A DNA stretch of 64,000 bases from Dicyema japonicum (Eukaryota; Animalia; Dicyemida). The notes under the pieces are model-generated. The model made no database searches. It was given only the letters and a program-made list of their open reading frames with translations, and was not told the origin of the DNA. Positions 48,230 to 60,640 of this stretch are shown here, in pieces. The stretch is from NCBI GenBank assembly GCA_011109175.1, contig RDEW01000046.1, forward strand, positions 263,545-327,544, read 5' to 3'. Positions within the stretch are counted from its first letter, which is position 1. Each line of letters begins with the position of its first letter. The translations under genes and the position numbers were made by a program.

Positions 48230-48780
48230 TTACGCTTATATAATGGATTTGCTTTTTCGATTACGCTTATATAATGGATTTGTCCGACCAGTCCTCATAT
48301 ACAACGCAGGTACTTGGGGAACATTAAAGAAAGATATGGAACAACTTGACTCGTTTCACAGAAGTCAACTAAGAAAACTCCTTGGAAACTCTTGGCCAAA
48401 AAGAATCTAAAACAATAAATTATGCTGACTGGTGGGACCAATAAACCTGAATGTACTTGAAGCCCGCTGGCGCCTTTTTGGACAGATTCTACGGATGGGT
48501 GAACATACCCCATGCAATGCCCCCATGGAAGAATTTTTCGACCATACTGTATCTCCTGCATTCAGAGGACTTATAAGAAGTTGTCTTCCAAGTACACTTG
48601 CGGAGGACTACGCAGTGATTGAAGGCCGACTGATGGATACGGACGAAATCAGGAAACGAGCACGACAGCGAAAAGGATGGAGAAGACTAACGGGAAGGAT
48701 GATCTAAAAACATGGCACAAGCGAAATCATAAACAGTGTTTACTGGTAACGCGAATGGCTTTAAATAACTAACTTAAATA
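48230..48780 (+). mobile_element. 5'-truncated RTE with a duplicated 22-mer at its 5' junction
   Basis: LRLYNGFVRPVLIYNAGTW and ARWRLFGQILRM. ttacgcttatataatggatttg occurs at 48230-48251 and 48261-48282. Confidence 0.8.
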
Positions 48781-48999
48781 TCTTCCCTTTGATGTCATTA
48801 GTTCCACCTTACTAAGGAGACTCCCAATGTCTGGCCCGTATTCAAAAGGATTCTCTTATTCTTTCAATCGGGAGACAATTTCGTTAGTTGGAGACAAGTT
48901 CTGGAATCCATATAACGTGTCAGGTTCGATGAGTTAGTTTGGTTTACCCAATGTCTTTGAAATAATTTTATTTTACTTATTACCTGCATGCCTACTATC

Positions 49000-49700
49000 T
49001 ATAAGCTGATGACCAAACTGAGGTCAAGAGCTTTGTAGAGGCCAATGGAATACTCTTCGAGAATCAGTTGGGCATGTGCGAAATTGTAAGGGAGCAAAAT
49101 AGCAGACTTTGGTCAACAAGTGCCTGGTTCAACGCCACTCTTAATGGAGTTTTGGGAACCTTTCTGGAATATGAATGTATCCGTATTGGGATCTCGTTAC
49201 GACTCGAATTAAAAGTCTCTGCAAAAACTAGATTGACTGTTTTTTCTTGGACCCTCTTTCCTACAAATTTCCCAGACAAGTGGTCTTGAACGAAGTCGTT
49301 AGACGAGCTTTTGGACGCAATAAACTATCAAAACATTGGATCCCAAGCTTTCGCTTGTTATTCCAAAGACAATTATTGTAGGTGATATCTTCCTTAGTAA
49401 TGTAGTCCTCGTAAACTGGCATCATGCTCTAAAATCACAACTTCAATAAGCAGAAATTACTTTAAAGGATTCATCACGTTATTTAAACGAGGAAATAAAA
49501 AAATGGGATAGAATATGATAGAATAGGTATCGAGGTCAAAAATGGCAAAGTACGCAGTCATAGCCGAAGAAATCAGATTTCTGCAAGAACAGGAGATCCC
49601 TGTGAGCGCTGCTGGTTATTTGTGAGAATCTCGCTCGCCATCCTGAGAGGGAATAACCACACACCCATGACGGTCGCTGTATGACCTTTTTGTCTATTTT
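49000..49700 (+). mobile_element. CRE remnants
   Basis: SAWFNATLNGVLGTFLEYECIRIGISLRL and WLFVRISLAILRGN. Confidence 0.75.
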
Positions 49701-49978
49701 GCATTAATAAAAATTAATTTATTAAAAATTTTTAAAATTGTTAGAAACTCTCTTTTCTTATTTATGGGGATCTGCATTTGTTTAAAACTAATATGGTGAT
49801 AAGAAAAGAAAAGTTAAAACAAATTAGTAATTTTAAATGGATTCCTGTTCTGAATGAGTAATATTTGGTTGATCCCTAATTACAGATATGGCCAGTACTG
49901 CGAAAGATCCGATGCACATTAAAATAGACGATATTATGCTCAATTTACTTACAAAATAATCTAATCTATTTATTACAA

Positions 49979-50632
49979 TTAAATACGGCAATTTTCATCA
50001 CTTCCGTCAGGACAGTTGAATTCCCCATTACAATGGTTCTGACTGAAAATACAGATAGATTCGTTTTTACAACGAAAGTCCTCAAATCCTTCACAATTTC
50101 CTAAATAAAAATATTCGATAAACCAATGCGAAAAGGGGTTATAACAAAACGGAATCCTCGACTGAATTTTGAGCCATTTTCGCTAGTAAAAACTATTTTT
50201 AAAAATCCAAGACTTGTTGTCCATCCAGAATGCCCACTTGACCTTCCACAGAGTCCTAAAAGAATATTTCAAGGATTAACTCAAAATATTCGATTTTCCG
50301 TCATTCAATTCTATAATTTGGCTGCTAGTTTGCGGTACACAATATTTTGAGTATGAAAGATCAATAAATTCAATGTTAACAACGAATTTAATATCCTCTG
50401 GAAATTCCGAAGTAATCTCTAATATGCAGGGGGACTAATACTATTCAGAGATTAATACCAGAGTTGAAGGATATCCCGAAGTTTCTGAATACATAAGCTC
50501 CATTGAATCGATGTAAGACATAAGGATTGTAGAATTACAGCGAGAACTCATGTAGACTTATTTTAGATCATTAAACAAACTTTTCATATTCAAACTTATA
50601 GATTTGCAAAAAATCATCATTATGACAAACAT
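49979..50632 (-). CDS. Secreted CUB + LDL-receptor class A domain protein, 5 exons
   Basis: Hydrophobic N-terminus, CUB (CILEI...LCG...LKIVFTSE...GFRF) and LDLa (CEGFEDFRCKNESICI...CNGEFNCPDGSDENC). Four 23-25 nt introns; absent from the ORF track because the exons are short. Confidence 0.85.
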
Positions 50633-50733
50633 TTGTTATAAAAATCGTTAGAGAAATTAATTCAATTACTAGAACAGCTGTCATCCAGAATATAGATCCT
50701 TACAACTATCAATGCCACTAAATTATATGTTGG

Positions 50734-50845
50734 TTATAACTCGATCACTTTGCCCTGAATAGGTGGGGTATAATTATAAGCTCGATCACCTTGCCCTGAA
50801 TAGGTGGGGTATAAGTTAATTATAAGCTCGATCACTTTGCCCTGA
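50734..50845. repeat. About 40-bp tandem repeat, 2.6 copies
   Basis: ttataa(g)ctcgatcac(t/c)ttgccctgaataggtggggtataa at 50734 and 50774, with a partial copy at 50820. Confidence 0.85.
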
Positions 50846-51465
50846 CGTGACCGCCATTCTGGCCGCGGAGGTTGAGTCATCACACTTATCATGAAGGAAA
50901 TCCCTATCACGGAAAGAGTGCACCTTCACTTCCCCCTCCAATTGAATACTTCACAATTTCAACCAATACCTCACTGTATTGAACATGTATGTACCTCATC
51001 CCAGTTCGTGCCCAAAAGGATTCAGTTTCTCACTGTCAGATGTCGACCAATCCAATAACCTGCTATTATGTTGAGACCTGAACGCGAAGCATCCAATGTG
51101 GTTCAAAAACCAGCCGGAAGACGCTAGAGGAATCCACTTACTATCAGAGCTGAACCATCTTGTAATATTATACAACCATATATTCAATACAAGAATTCCT
51201 TACAGAGCAAACGACAGGAGGTCCCCCGACCTGACGCTTGCCTTCCCAAAAGTTGCCGCTTTAATCAATTGTTCAGTATCATACGACACTACCAGTGACC
51301 ATAACTTAATTATCATTGCTTTCAAAGGAAGAGTGTCCATCGAAAGATAACCAATGTTACGGCAGACTACAAAAATGTCAATTGGAGATTGTTTACATAC
51401 TTCGTCAACTACAACTTGTATGGTTTTGACCCTAACAACTTCAACTCCTTCGATAACGCTTTACA
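50846..51465 (+). mobile_element. LINE APE fragment
   Basis: RDRHSGRGG, DLNAKHPMW, PDLTL and SDHNLI. Confidence 0.7.
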
Positions 51466-51469
51466 CTAC

Positions 51470-51790
51470 TTCAATGGTGTAGTTTCACAACCTCGTCAAT
51501 TTTGAGATCATCAGTTTCAACGACCACGGTTAAAAATAGATTTATAATCCAGTCGTTAACCGGATTTGGAATCGGAAAATATTTTTCGAAAGTAGTACTT
51601 AAATTTTCCAGGTGTTGATCGATCACATTTAAAATTGAAAGATCTGGGAAATCATTTCCCAAGTATAATTCAAGCAAAGGAAACATTGCAATGATAGACT
51701 TAGAAATTTTCTTTCCTTATAAAACAGTTTTATATTTAAATGCGTCGATCTTTTCATTAACAATAATTTTGCATACATTTTTACCGAGTA
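51470..51790 (-). mobile_element. hAT (Buster/Charlie-like) transposase fragment
   Basis: EKIDAFKYK..MFPLL...HLENLSTTFEKYFP...WIINLF. Confidence 0.7.
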
Positions 51791-51819
51791 ATTTAATTAT
51801 TATATACCTTACTTGCATT

Positions 51820-54110
51820 GATTATTATTACCCCCAGGATCACTGGGTCAAAGAAAAAGAAATAATAGTTTTCAACCAACTAAGTGATCCCAGTCCGACA
51901 AAGGAAAGGACGAGTGCGGCGGGGTCGAGAATCCTGAACAGCTCTTCTCATCGGACATGGAATCGACTCAAAATTTCTGTATGATTGTATATATTTCGAT
52001 AGTGCATGGAATAGAAGGCAGCTCGGTGAACTAGCCTCCTTTAAGAGTTTCCGTTGTAATTCGATTAAGAAATTTTCAATGGGCTGGATTTTGTGTTCTG
52101 GTCCAATTAACCTTATTGCAGTCTCCTCGATTGCGGATAGTTTCAATGAGGAGGATCGTGAAATCTGCATTGCCCATAAAGGACTTGCATACGTCATCGT
52201 TGGTCGGATAAATTGTTCATAAATCATGACAAGGCCACCAGTTTGGTCTCTAAGTGTTTTGAGAGCACTTTTAAAATTCTCATTTTCTTCAGAGCAGAAA
52301 TTACTTTGTTCTCAACATGTCAGATAAAGGTGAGTCCCTGATCAAAGGTGAATCCCAGAATCTTTGGTGTTTTGTTAATAGGAATAGCCTCGTTCTTCAT
52401 AAGATTTTTGGTTGGACACAGAGCTGTCTTTTGTAAGTGGTAAACAGCGTGACTGAGGACTTTGTTGCTGATGCGTCGAGTCTCCGCTTCGAAAGCCATA
52501 GTTCCAGGTTGTAAAGCATTTGTTGAGTGGACTGAGTCGCTGATTGAATGCGTCTGTTCTTGGAGGCAAGAATGATATCGTCGGCATAGGAGAGGATTAG
52601 ACAGTTTTCATTACAGGTTTGTGGCATGTCGTTTATGTAGAGATTGAAGAGTTGGGGTGATAGTGATGAGCCTTGAGGGACTCCATTTTGAAAGTAGCGA
52701 GATCTTGATTTGATGTTGTTGCAGAGTACTTGTGCTCATCTTCCATTTAAGAAGTTTCCAAGCCAAATATTCAAGTTCGAATGGATGTTGGTTTCGTATA
52801 TTTTCTTTGTTAGGAGTTTCCTGGGGAGTGAGTCGAACGCTTTTGTGATGTCCACGAATATAAGTACTGTCCTCTGATGGGGTTTGGGGAGTTAAATCCT
52901 TCCGCAATGAATTGTGTGAAGGTTGTGAGGTGTGTTGTGGTCGAATAGTTGTCCCGGTATCCGTGCTGGGTCGGAGGTATTGAGATTGAGTCTTCTATTT
53001 TTTCCAAAACAAGCCTTTCAAGGATCCTTGAGACCGGACTTAGAATAGATATTTGGCGATAGGAAGATGGTTCATCTATTGGTTTGTTGGGTTTTCGGAT
53101 AGGCCTGATTAGAGACTTCTTCCATATTTCAGGGATTGTATTTGTGTTAATGGATAGGTTGAATATATAGGCTAATAGTTCCAGGGCTCGATGGCCTAGG
53201 TGCTTCAGTTCACATGTGGTTATGTTGTCTGGTCCCTTGGCCTCTGAGTTGTTGCCCTTGAATACGGCTCTGAGAATATCCTAACTAGTAAATAGGATCC
53301 AGTCATCGGAGCGTTTCGATTCAATCTTTTTCAAGAAATACTTGGTGCTCTATTGAAAACTTCTTGTAGGAGATTGACGTATAATATTTTATCAGAGTGT
53401 CTGGTTTTATGTAGACTTCAACTTTTCTCCCTGGGGAGGATCTTTTGATGTTCTTGATCCACTTCCAGATTCTCTGCATTGAAGGGTTTTTGCAGAGAGC
53501 CTTTGATAGTCTTGTCCATCTATTTGCATTTTCTGCCTTTATGTTGTTGTCGATCTCTCTGTTCAATTCTCGTATTTTTTTTGGCGATTTTACCATCTTT
53601 AGATTATTTCGTTCTGATCAGATGTTTCGTCGTTGTGTTGAACCGTTTTGATAACGTAGGTTGCCTCCCCATAGGAATGTACTTCCTTTTCGCACTTAAT
53701 GGAGTTGAACCATTTCACTAATTGTTCGACGGAGGGAGGAGTGGGGAAATCTAATAGTTCAATGAAATTATCGACGTAATCCTTGAATCCTCCTTTAATT
53801 CGCAAGACTGTAGTTAGTTATCGTTGGGATTGTCCTTTTATCCGTGACCTTGTTTTGACCTCCAAAAATATTGGTGCGGGCACTTCCTGGTGTCATATTC
53901 ACTGACCAGTCAATAAGGGGCCAAGGACGGTGATGACAGTGAGATGTCGATAGAAGGTTTATCGTTACGTCGAGTAGTTGTTCTTGTATGGGATGCAGGA
54001 TCGTTGAGTATACATAGGCTGTGGTCCTCAATTATCATCTTCCCCCTTTTGTGAAGATAGGGGATAGTGTGGTTCTTTTCATCCAAATACCACCACGTCG
54101 TCGGCGAACC
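51820..54110 (-). mobile_element. I/Jockey-like LINE, 5'-truncated in APE, degenerate
   Basis: IDISL, QHGYR, LSYADDII, IYEQFIRPTMTYASPLW and the 3' stem-loop at 51836-51891. Confidence 0.85.
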
Positions 54111-54212
54111 ACATGACATTTTTTTGTAATCCTATGAACTTTATATTTTTAACTATTTGGTGTTTGAACAAAAGATTTTGATTAAATAATTTAAATTTTA
54201 TAAATTCAAATA

Positions 54213-54771
54213 ATGTGTTTGCTTCGTGGTGTTTCTTTGTGGCACATTTCTACACGTTATAGAACTTCAAAAAAATACCACGTGGTATATTAAAATAAAA
54301 ATTAAATTTAATAGAAAAAGTCTCATTTTCTAACTATCCGTATATACCACCTAAAACTGTATCATCCGTAGAGAAATTTAGCATCCAAAAATATAGCGAA
54401 CACTTAATAAAACTCGGAATAACGAAAGTCGAAGATAAAGTCACGGGCATGGAATTATTTTCGGATACAGAAATTCAATATAAAACCACAAGAATCCCAT
54501 AAAAGGTGCATAATATGTAAGTATGATATTCCATTAGACTATAAGGTGGTTTTTGAGTTCATTCTAGAATTCACGTCTTCTTAGCCAGTTTGTATCGTCT
54601 GAGAGTGGGCGGATTTATGGGAGACATATTACTGGATTATGCATTCCAATGCAGAGAGAAATTACAAGAGTGATAAAGAAGTCCAAGCGATGTGGATTTA
54701 TGCCCATGTACTCTAAAGACCATAGATTCTTTAAGGACCCTATAATTTGCAATACTTTTCCCTCTATGTAA
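54213..54771 (+). CDS. MRPS18C: Mitochondrial ribosomal protein S18C; exon 1 needs +1 nt in an A-run
   Basis: CIICKYDIPLDYKNSRLLSQFVS..GRIYGRHITGLC...GFMP...KDP. Introns of 30, 31 and 22 nt. Confidence 0.85.
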
Positions 54772-54999
54772 TTTTACTTTACGTTTATTTATCTTTATTG
54801 AAGTATTGGTTATGGGTTCAAATCCTAAAATCTACTTTTTCTGCTTAGTTGTAACTTGTTTGGTAAGCTTTTCGGTCAGCTATAGGGAAAACGACTGTAC
54901 ACTAAGAGAATGTGTCTAATTGAAGTGCATACATTTTCCTAAAGAACAGCCTAAACTTACAAAGACTAGCATATATCCTGATAACTGCTCCCTACTTCA

Positions 55000-55600
55000 T
55001 CCAATGTGACCAAGACGCCAGTCATGTTCGTGAGGCCAGGAGCCGTACCTATCAGTTTTTTATACCTTCCATGTTCTCTCAAAGGGGTCTGAACGATGCT
55101 GTATGCCGAAAGTCTTTTGAAGATTTTCTGGTTTCATCTAACCGACATCATCGTGCTTGTTTGTTGTCAAATGGCTTCTTCCGATAGCTAAGCCTGGATC
55201 AACGCCATTCCTAATGGAGCTTTACTGGTGGGTACCTTTCTGGATGATGAATGCTTTCGTATTGGGATATAATTATGACTCGGATTAAGAGTCTCTGTGC
55301 CGCATCCGTCCCGATACGGAAACCAGATCGACTGTTTTGGCCTACATTCTCTCTCCTGCAATAAGAGTGCAGACAGAACTCCCAGACTCCTCTATGCTTT
55401 AACCAGTCGATCTTTGCAGGCTTGACGGGAAACGACCAGATGGGATGACCATTTTGAAGTCGGGAAACCTCTTATTTTTGACGTCACTTGCACAGACACC
55501 ATTGCACATAAAAATAATAGTCCCTCTGAAGCCTTTCGGCATCTGAGAAGTTGAAACGGCCAAAGTACGAGGACCAAACCAGGGATTTTTTGTTTGTTCC
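55000..55600 (+). mobile_element. CRE remnant (zinc knuckle and RLE region)
   Basis: AWINAIPNG...LDDECFRIG, HSLSCNKSA and KPLIFDVTCTDT. Confidence 0.8.
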
Positions 55601-55609
55601 ACAGGCCGT

Positions 55610-56330
55610 TAAAACGTCTGCCATCTATGGCTACATACAATGTCCGCTGTAGACCTCCCTTCTTGAAACCCACTTTTACTTGCTGGTATTCCGCAACCTT
55701 CTCAGATCCGCCACACCCATTATCCGAATTAGTGCTATGGTTGCCATTACCTTGTGTATCGAGTTCAGAAGTATGATCCGGGGAAGATTTTCTACTGTCC
55801 TTTTGCTCTATTCGGTTTTTGTATGGGTACTAATAATCCATTTCCAAGTCCTAGATCGGTATTAGTTTTAAAGATGTCATTTAGGATTTTTGCTATTGTT
55901 TCACTAAGTATTTTTGGCCCATATTTTAAAAGCTCAGGGCTCATGTTGTCTGACCTAGCACTCTTGTTATTCTTCAGTTTTTTTAGAGCTGAATCAACAT
56001 CTTCCACTGTGATGGCATTCATTAATGTCCTCGTTTATCCTTGAAAGGGGGAAATTCCTCATTGTCTGTATTCAGCACATTTCAGTGACATACCAGCCGT
56101 AGAGTCGCAAACATCCTTGAATTGTCCTTTAGGCATTCCACATCATTTAATAGGGATGTAATTTTCCGTGAATGTTGTTTGTTCGTCTTTTTGATTTTCC
56201 ATTTTAGTTCCCTTTGTTGAATTTTAAGCTCTTTTTTATACTCTCCTCTGACAAATTTTTGTCCCGGAACAAGATAAATTCCCATTCTCACGTCAATGTA
56301 TCTTGGTAGCTGGTGGCTGATTTGTTTCTT
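55610..56330 (-). mobile_element. RTE fragment (linker and RT start)
   Basis: LKDNSRMF, LKNNKSARSDNMSPELLKYGP and SGFQEGRSTAD. Confidence 0.8.
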
Positions 56331-56369
56331 TTATCTAACAATGAATTTGATATTTTTATTTATCAATTT

Positions 56370-56480
56370 CGCTACCAAACTAACTAATCACTTGATCCCG
56401 TCACTTTACAGCAGGACGATGCTCATCTCTTGAGCCCACACAAGTCGTACAGAAAACTTAAAATGAGCAGCTTGCCTCCA
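56370..56480 (-). mobile_element. Short LINE 3'-end copy
   Basis: gggatcaagtgattagttagtttgg. Confidence 0.5.
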
Positions 56481-56767
56481 ATTTAAACTAAATTAATTTT
56501 TTACCAAACAAATTATCATAATTTTTGAAATTAAAGGTATTGGGGAAAAATCTTGTCTCCTGGTAGCATTTTTAACTTTGACGTAAATTATTAGTGAATT
56601 GACAAAAACTCCAGAAATAAAAGACCATAAATCAAAGGTGCATAATCGTGGTTGTAAGACCTAGTTTTCGTAATATTTGTTATTATAGCCACTTAATATG
56701 AAAATAAACCATTTCCATTCTAAATAATTGAAGCTTAAAATTTGATATTTTTAAGAATGATTAGTTT

Positions 56768-56962
56768 TGGATAGTTGTGAAGTTGTCACATTGATAATAA
56801 TCCCTATACGATGAGATATGTTAATCCAATTTGATATGTATGATTCACTCATAATTGGGCAATGAACATGATTTATCAGAACTTCATCTTGAATTATTGC
56901 GAAAGGTTATATCAAAAACTTTATCTTGAAAAAACTGCTATCCTATAATCTTTGCTTTTCAT
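56768..56962. repeat. 195-bp block duplicated at 59483-59676
   Basis: Direct repeat differing by one substitution and three 1-nt indels. Confidence 0.95.
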
Positions 56963-57229
56963 ACTCAACGAAACTTGGGTCTTTAACTCGATGGATTTTA
57001 AAATAAAATAAAATAGTTCTTAACTTCGAGATAAAAATATATAAAAGTGATTTTTCCACTGACAATGGACGTGACAATACCATCCATAATTCTATCCACA
57101 TTGGAACACAATTATAATCTCTTTTGACATATTCTTTATGAATTTCTTTGCTTTGAGTTTATTATTAGCTAATATGTCGGTTGAGTGGTAACTTGGCTCT
57201 GCTACACATGTCTAAAAACACTCATTATA

Positions 57230-57980
57230 CAATCGAGAACTCAGGTCAATGACGTTTAACGTACGTGGAATATCGAAAGATTGGACAAGGAAAGCACTTT
57301 GTAATTGATATCTATTGGCTGCCTACAAGAGACGAAAATCGAAAATGGACGCGATGAAACATGGAACAACTACCGACTGATTCTCTTCCCGACTGAATGC
57401 AAGTACTACGGGATAGGATTTTCCATACACGTGGATTACCTCAAAAAACTACATCGCTATTGGAGAGTCAACGACCGAATATGTGTCCTACAAAGTCAAA
57501 CTAAATGATTTATGCCCTTCCAAGAGTCTATTAAGTATCATAAATGTCTATGCACCACGTTGCAAGCGAGTAATCAAGAACGCTGGTGAGCTCGAGGAAT
57601 TCTACTCAGAACTATCAATCGCATATTCGAATAATGCTTCATCGTCCCTTGTCTTTGTTACGGGAGATATGGATGCGAAGGCCGGAATGCGAATGGGACC
57701 TGAAGAATCCGCTATTGGAAGACACGGGTGGAAAGAAGAAATGCATCTGGAGCCTCTTTGGTGAACTTCTGAGAGTCAAATAGCCTATCTCCTTCATACC
57801 TTCACGCACTCAGCTCGCCACAAGACGACATGGCATGGACAAAGTAAAAACTCTGTTGGGGAGACCGTGAATATATAATCAAATCGACTAGATTATCTGC
57901 CGAAAGTCTGATAAACACTTGCTAAATGATGCACGTTCCTACCAGAGGACAACAACTGAAAGCGACCATTGGATCTTTAT
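57230..57980 (+). mobile_element. RTE APE domain remnant
   Basis: TFNVRG, CLQETK, INVYAP, GDMDAK, NQID and SDH. Confidence 0.8.
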
Positions 57981-57999
57981 TTAAGCACTTCACGAGAGC

Positions 58000-59900
58000 C
58001 ATACTAATTATAGTCCCGCATGTGCAGCAAAAGAAACAAGGTTATGTGTCATCTTTTCCATGCTCCCCTGCCAAGGCTCTCATGTTGTCCAGGTCGTTTT
58101 TAGATTTCTTTTGATATCGACCAGGTCTTTTTGGCAGTGTTGTTCTAGGTCTTCCACGATAACGGCATTCTTGACCAACATAGTATGTTTACATAGATTT
58201 GTTCAGGGGATGTTAATTCCATGTTCAGCACGTGTCCGAAGAGCTTCCATCGGGATTCCAGTACTTCTAAACTGATGGGTCTATATAAAGCATTTCTTGA
58301 TATTCTTCGTGTGCCAGGTAGTTCCTGTTATTTTTCTCAGCTGACCTCTGTGGAACGAGTCTAGTTTTTCCATATCCGCTGATAAGGTCGCCAAGTTCCA
58401 GCGTTATATAAAAGTACAGGTTCAATGAATGAGTCGTATAATAGGATTCTCATCAAATTTTATTGAATAGGTCTTTCCGACTCTCACAAGGAGCTCAGTG
58501 CTCGACTCATCAAGAAATCCGCTCAGTACCCCCATTAATTTGTTCCTGTTAACCGCATCAAAAGCTCTTGATAGGTCAATTCCCAGGATATTGGTGCGTT
58601 ACGGTTACTTTGATATGTTGCACACCTCCATCTGTGACTCCAGACCGCATCAGCTGTGGATCTTACTTCTCGAAAACTACTTTGACTATCTGATAGGTAT
58701 TTGTAAGCAGATCCTTTTATTCGTTCAAGCACAATGTTGCTAAGAATTTGCATAATGAATTTAGTGTATGATGAATCGCGAATCTTTGAGCGGTCCTCTG
58801 GTTTTGTTGATTTTTTGTATGGAGATTTGTAGTCCCGTACACAGAGGTAGAGTGCAATTGGTAGAAAACTTTCCATTTATTGCAATTTTGTCTTACAGGC
58901 AGTGGGGTCCGTATTTTAGTAGTTTGGCATATATTTTGTCTTGTCTAGGAATTCTGTTATTCTTGAGTTTTCGGCAGGCCGTTTTGATTTCCTCGGCCGT
59001 GATTGGTATCTCCAGGGATCTTGGCCTTCCATCAAATGGGTGGATTTCTATGGTTTTGATGTTGAAAAGCTTCTCAAAGTGAGCCGAGATGGCTTCAGTT
59101 TGTTCTTCGGTGTTCAGTATCAGCTTACCGTTCTCGTCTTTTATGGGTAGTCGACTTTGGTTGTTCGCCGCAGGAAACGGGCAGCGACGTACACCTGTGC
59201 GTTGTCTTTCACTTTGTTTACCTTTTCTATACAGGAAGCGATTTCTTCTAGGAAAAGCTTACTTGCTCAGACCTTTATTTTTCTTCTTGTCTTTCGCTCT
59301 GAAGGACTTTTCTCGTATTAGCGTCAGTGGCATTTGATTTTCTCATATTTATTTCTTTTAAACTTTTCGCATGCTCAGAAACATCTGGATGAATAGCCTT
59401 TATGTGCATTTTACTATTCTCCCTTTTGCCAGGACATGCCTCAGCAGTTTCATTGATGGTGTCATATGTGCGTTTCCAGGCATGGATAGTTGTGAAGTTG
59501 TCACATTGATAATAATCCCCTATACGATAAGATATGTTAATCCAATTTGATATGTATGATTCACTCATAATTGGGCAATGAACATGATTTATCAGAACTT
59601 CATCTTGAATTATTGCGAAAGGTTATATCAAAAACTTTATCTTGAAAAACTGCTATCTATAATCTTTGCTTTTCATCGCTACTCTGTCGGATCTTTCGCT
59701 ACTCTCCCGCAGTGTGGCGGCATAAACATTTATAATTGTCAAAAAGCACTTGACTGGGAAAAAATATATTGAAAACGCGAAGAAGGCGAGACAAAGGCCA
59801 AATACTTTAGACAGACAAGTTACCGTCTGGCCCATGCGAAACCAGTCGACTATAACCTTTAAAATACTCCCTTGTATTTTAGAAGTCGTTGCGTAAATCC
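58000..59900 (-). mobile_element. Degenerate RTE carrying the 195-bp foreign block
   Basis: INVYAAT, then the block, then linker, QSSFREVRSTAD, GIDLSRAF and LLYNAGTW. Confidence 0.8.
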
Positions 59901-59979
59901 CTTGGAATTAATTTTATATTTTATTTCGAAATTTATGCTCCTTCAGACAATTTTTGAAGTTGGAAATTTAAATACGAAA

Positions 59980-60380
59980 AAACTTCAATAATCCGAATAT
60001 TTTACTAAGTTTCCATACAAACAGGCTTCAATAAACCGAAACTTCATAATCCGCAATCCGAAAGACATTTATTAAAAATTTCGGATTAATTTATTTTGTA
60101 TTTTGTATATATTCTAACTTTTTAATGTTTCATCAGCTATTGATGAATTAAAATGTTACGAAAAAAGTTTTTTACTATTTTTTATTATACGGAAGCTCTT
60201 GATTTGGAAAAAGAATTTTTTGTGAATTTACGGAAGGTGGTACAAGGCAATTAAATGTCTTGATTAATTTGCTAATGAAGATATCATGCAAGATTCTGTT
60301 AAGTGAGAACTGAAAGAACTGGAAGAACTTTCTAATGAAGGAGAAATAACTCAAATGCTCAACGAGAACGAAATCGTCAT
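59980..60380 (+). mobile_element. Possible pogo/Tigger-like remnant
   Basis: Repeated ttca(a)taa(t/a)ccg(a)a subterminal-like motifs with one inverted copy, and ELEELSNEGEITQMLNENEIV. Confidence 0.3.
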
Positions 60381-60640
60381 TTTTTTAAAGATATAATGTC
60401 AATGAGGAAACTATTAATGCTGAAAATGGAGAGATTATTATATATGAACTCGAACCGGACCTCAAACTATATATGGAAGCCTGCCCGAGATATGAGAAGA
60501 AACTTTCCCCGCTTTGAGGATTAATCCAGGACTCCGAAACTAACCGCAGGAAGAGTACTGGTATGGACACCGGAATCACTTAATTATACGATAACTTTTA
60601 TCCTCTTTCTAGTATTTCGGGGTTAATAAATTAAATTAAA
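60380..60640 (+). mobile_element. LINE 3' fragment, tail-to-tail with the next RTE
   Basis: ggaatcac...cggggttaataaattaaattaaa. Confidence 0.5.

Noticed and set aside
50734-50845. CRISPR array
   Set aside because: The units are contiguous with no unique spacers, and the context is eukaryotic with no cas genes.
54780-55000. Extra minus-strand gene with two intron-like segments
   Set aside because: The frame hits a stop after a few codons, and the downstream open frame is antisense to MRPS18C.
56500-57200. Host gene containing the duplicated block
   Set aside because: I could not build a stop-free spliced model on either strand; left unassigned.
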